NCBI GenBank assembly: GCA_021613535.1
Contig: CP075496.1
Span: forward strand, 1 to 64,000
DNA from: Adineta vaga
Taxonomy: Eukaryota; Animalia; Rotifera
Length of the DNA: 64,000 nucleotides
Direction: 5' to 3'
Shown: positions 63,231 through 64,000 of the stretch, in pieces
How positions within the stretch are numbered: the first letter of the stretch is position 1
How the letters are laid out: each line of letters begins with the position of its first letter
Made by a program: the position numbers and the translations under genes
The notes under the pieces: model-generated
What the model was told of the DNA's origin: nothing
What the model saw: the letters and a program-made list of their open reading frames with translations, nothing else
Database searches by the model: none

Positions 63231-63613
63231 CTATTTAGACCGATGAGAAAAATTAAAACAACTAGATAGGTCGACATTTTATTATCTAAAGTGACAAATA
63301 CCGGATACTTTAGTGTATTATATCTCGAAAGACATCTATTTATAATTTGATAGGGACGTATTGCATACACATTAGCGGTAATTTTGTCAAGGTACATCAA
63401 AAATCGAGTTTCCTGGAAGAATTTATTCTTTGATATGTTGAGAAAACAGAAGTGAAGGATATTTTTATACTATTTAATGAAGAACTCAGCCTTCACGGTA
63501 ACTCCAATTGTGATACTACTCATTCTTACGCACCCGTTAATAGTTTATAGTTTGAAGCATTTATTTCGAGATAAATATGACCCTATAATGAATAAAACGG
63601 GTGTGTACTAGCT

Positions 63614-63656
63614 GCCATGACGCGTTTCGATCCAGCTACGGATCTCATCAGATGGC
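63614..63656 (-). ncRNA. Minimal type-I hammerhead ribozyme, intact
   Basis: GCCAT-CTGATGA-GATCC(gtagct)GGATC-GAAA-CGCGTC-ATGGC; compensatory A-T to T-A swap in stem II relative to the 2715 copy. Confidence 0.92.
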
Positions 63657-63830
63657 TTATTACCCTAATTCTGATCAAAATTCAATCAACGAAATTTATA
63701 AAAATCTAGTCAGTTAAAATTCAAAACAAAATCAAAACCCTCTATTCGGTTATAAAATGAATTCCTCCTAATTAAAGGAAAAAATCAATTCTATAATGAT
63801 AGAATAATTTTAGCGGTGTGAGTAAGATCC

Positions 63831-63875
63831 ACGATGATCGGTTTCGACTGAATTCCACAGTCTCATCAGAAGGCT
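63831..63875 (-). ncRNA. Hammerhead motif with intact core and stem II, degenerate stems I and III
   Basis: CTGATGA-GACTG(tggaatt)CAGTC-GAAA-CCGATC. Confidence 0.65.
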
Positions 63876-64000
63876 TATAGGTTAACTCTGATCAAAAATC
63901 TCAATCAACCAAATTTATGAAAATCGAGTCAATTAAAATTCAAATCATACTCGTTTGGCTTTCGGTTTAGTCGTAAAATCAAGGGAAGTTTTAGGAGAAT

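Larger units (their letters stand above)
63599..64000 (-). mobile_element. 3' end of another Terminon/Athena unit (different subfamily), runs off the window
   Basis: GGGTGTGT stub followed by two ~217-bp tandem units, each with a hammerhead motif. Confidence 0.8.

Overview
AT-rich eukaryotic subtelomeric DNA with short (~45-80 nt) spliceosomal introns and (TGTGGG)n telomeric repeats, most likely from a bdelloid rotifer (inferred from the repeat unit and gene content). The left half (~2.7-30.6 kb, minus strand) is a giant Terminon-type Penelope-like (Athena) retroelement chain. Its 3' ends carry minimal type-I hammerhead ribozymes abutting telomeric repeats. The long unit holds about 11 co-oriented cistrons: an unknown ORF, three GIY-YIG-like proteins, a small signal-peptide/furin/TM protein, a DEDDy exonuclease, two coiled-coil ORFs each fused by a conserved -1 frameshift signal to a catalytically dead RT, two stand-alone coiled-coil ORFs, and one complete 7-exon Athena RT (YIDD). 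Each downstream cistron is preceded by a splice acceptor, suggesting polycistronic processing. The right half is a cargo/TE zone: a decayed hAT, an intact hAT nested in a CACT-terminal MITE nested in an LTR/gag remnant, an F-box gene, a bacterial-type SDR pseudogene, an LDLa-EGF-7TM receptor gene, a CACTA element and a kiwellin-like pseudogene. It is divided by short telomeric tracts in alternating orientation and ends at the hammerhead 3' end of another Terminon. Terminons as a class are already described, so the novelty claims concern specific mechanisms. All calls come from manual reading; no database searches were run.
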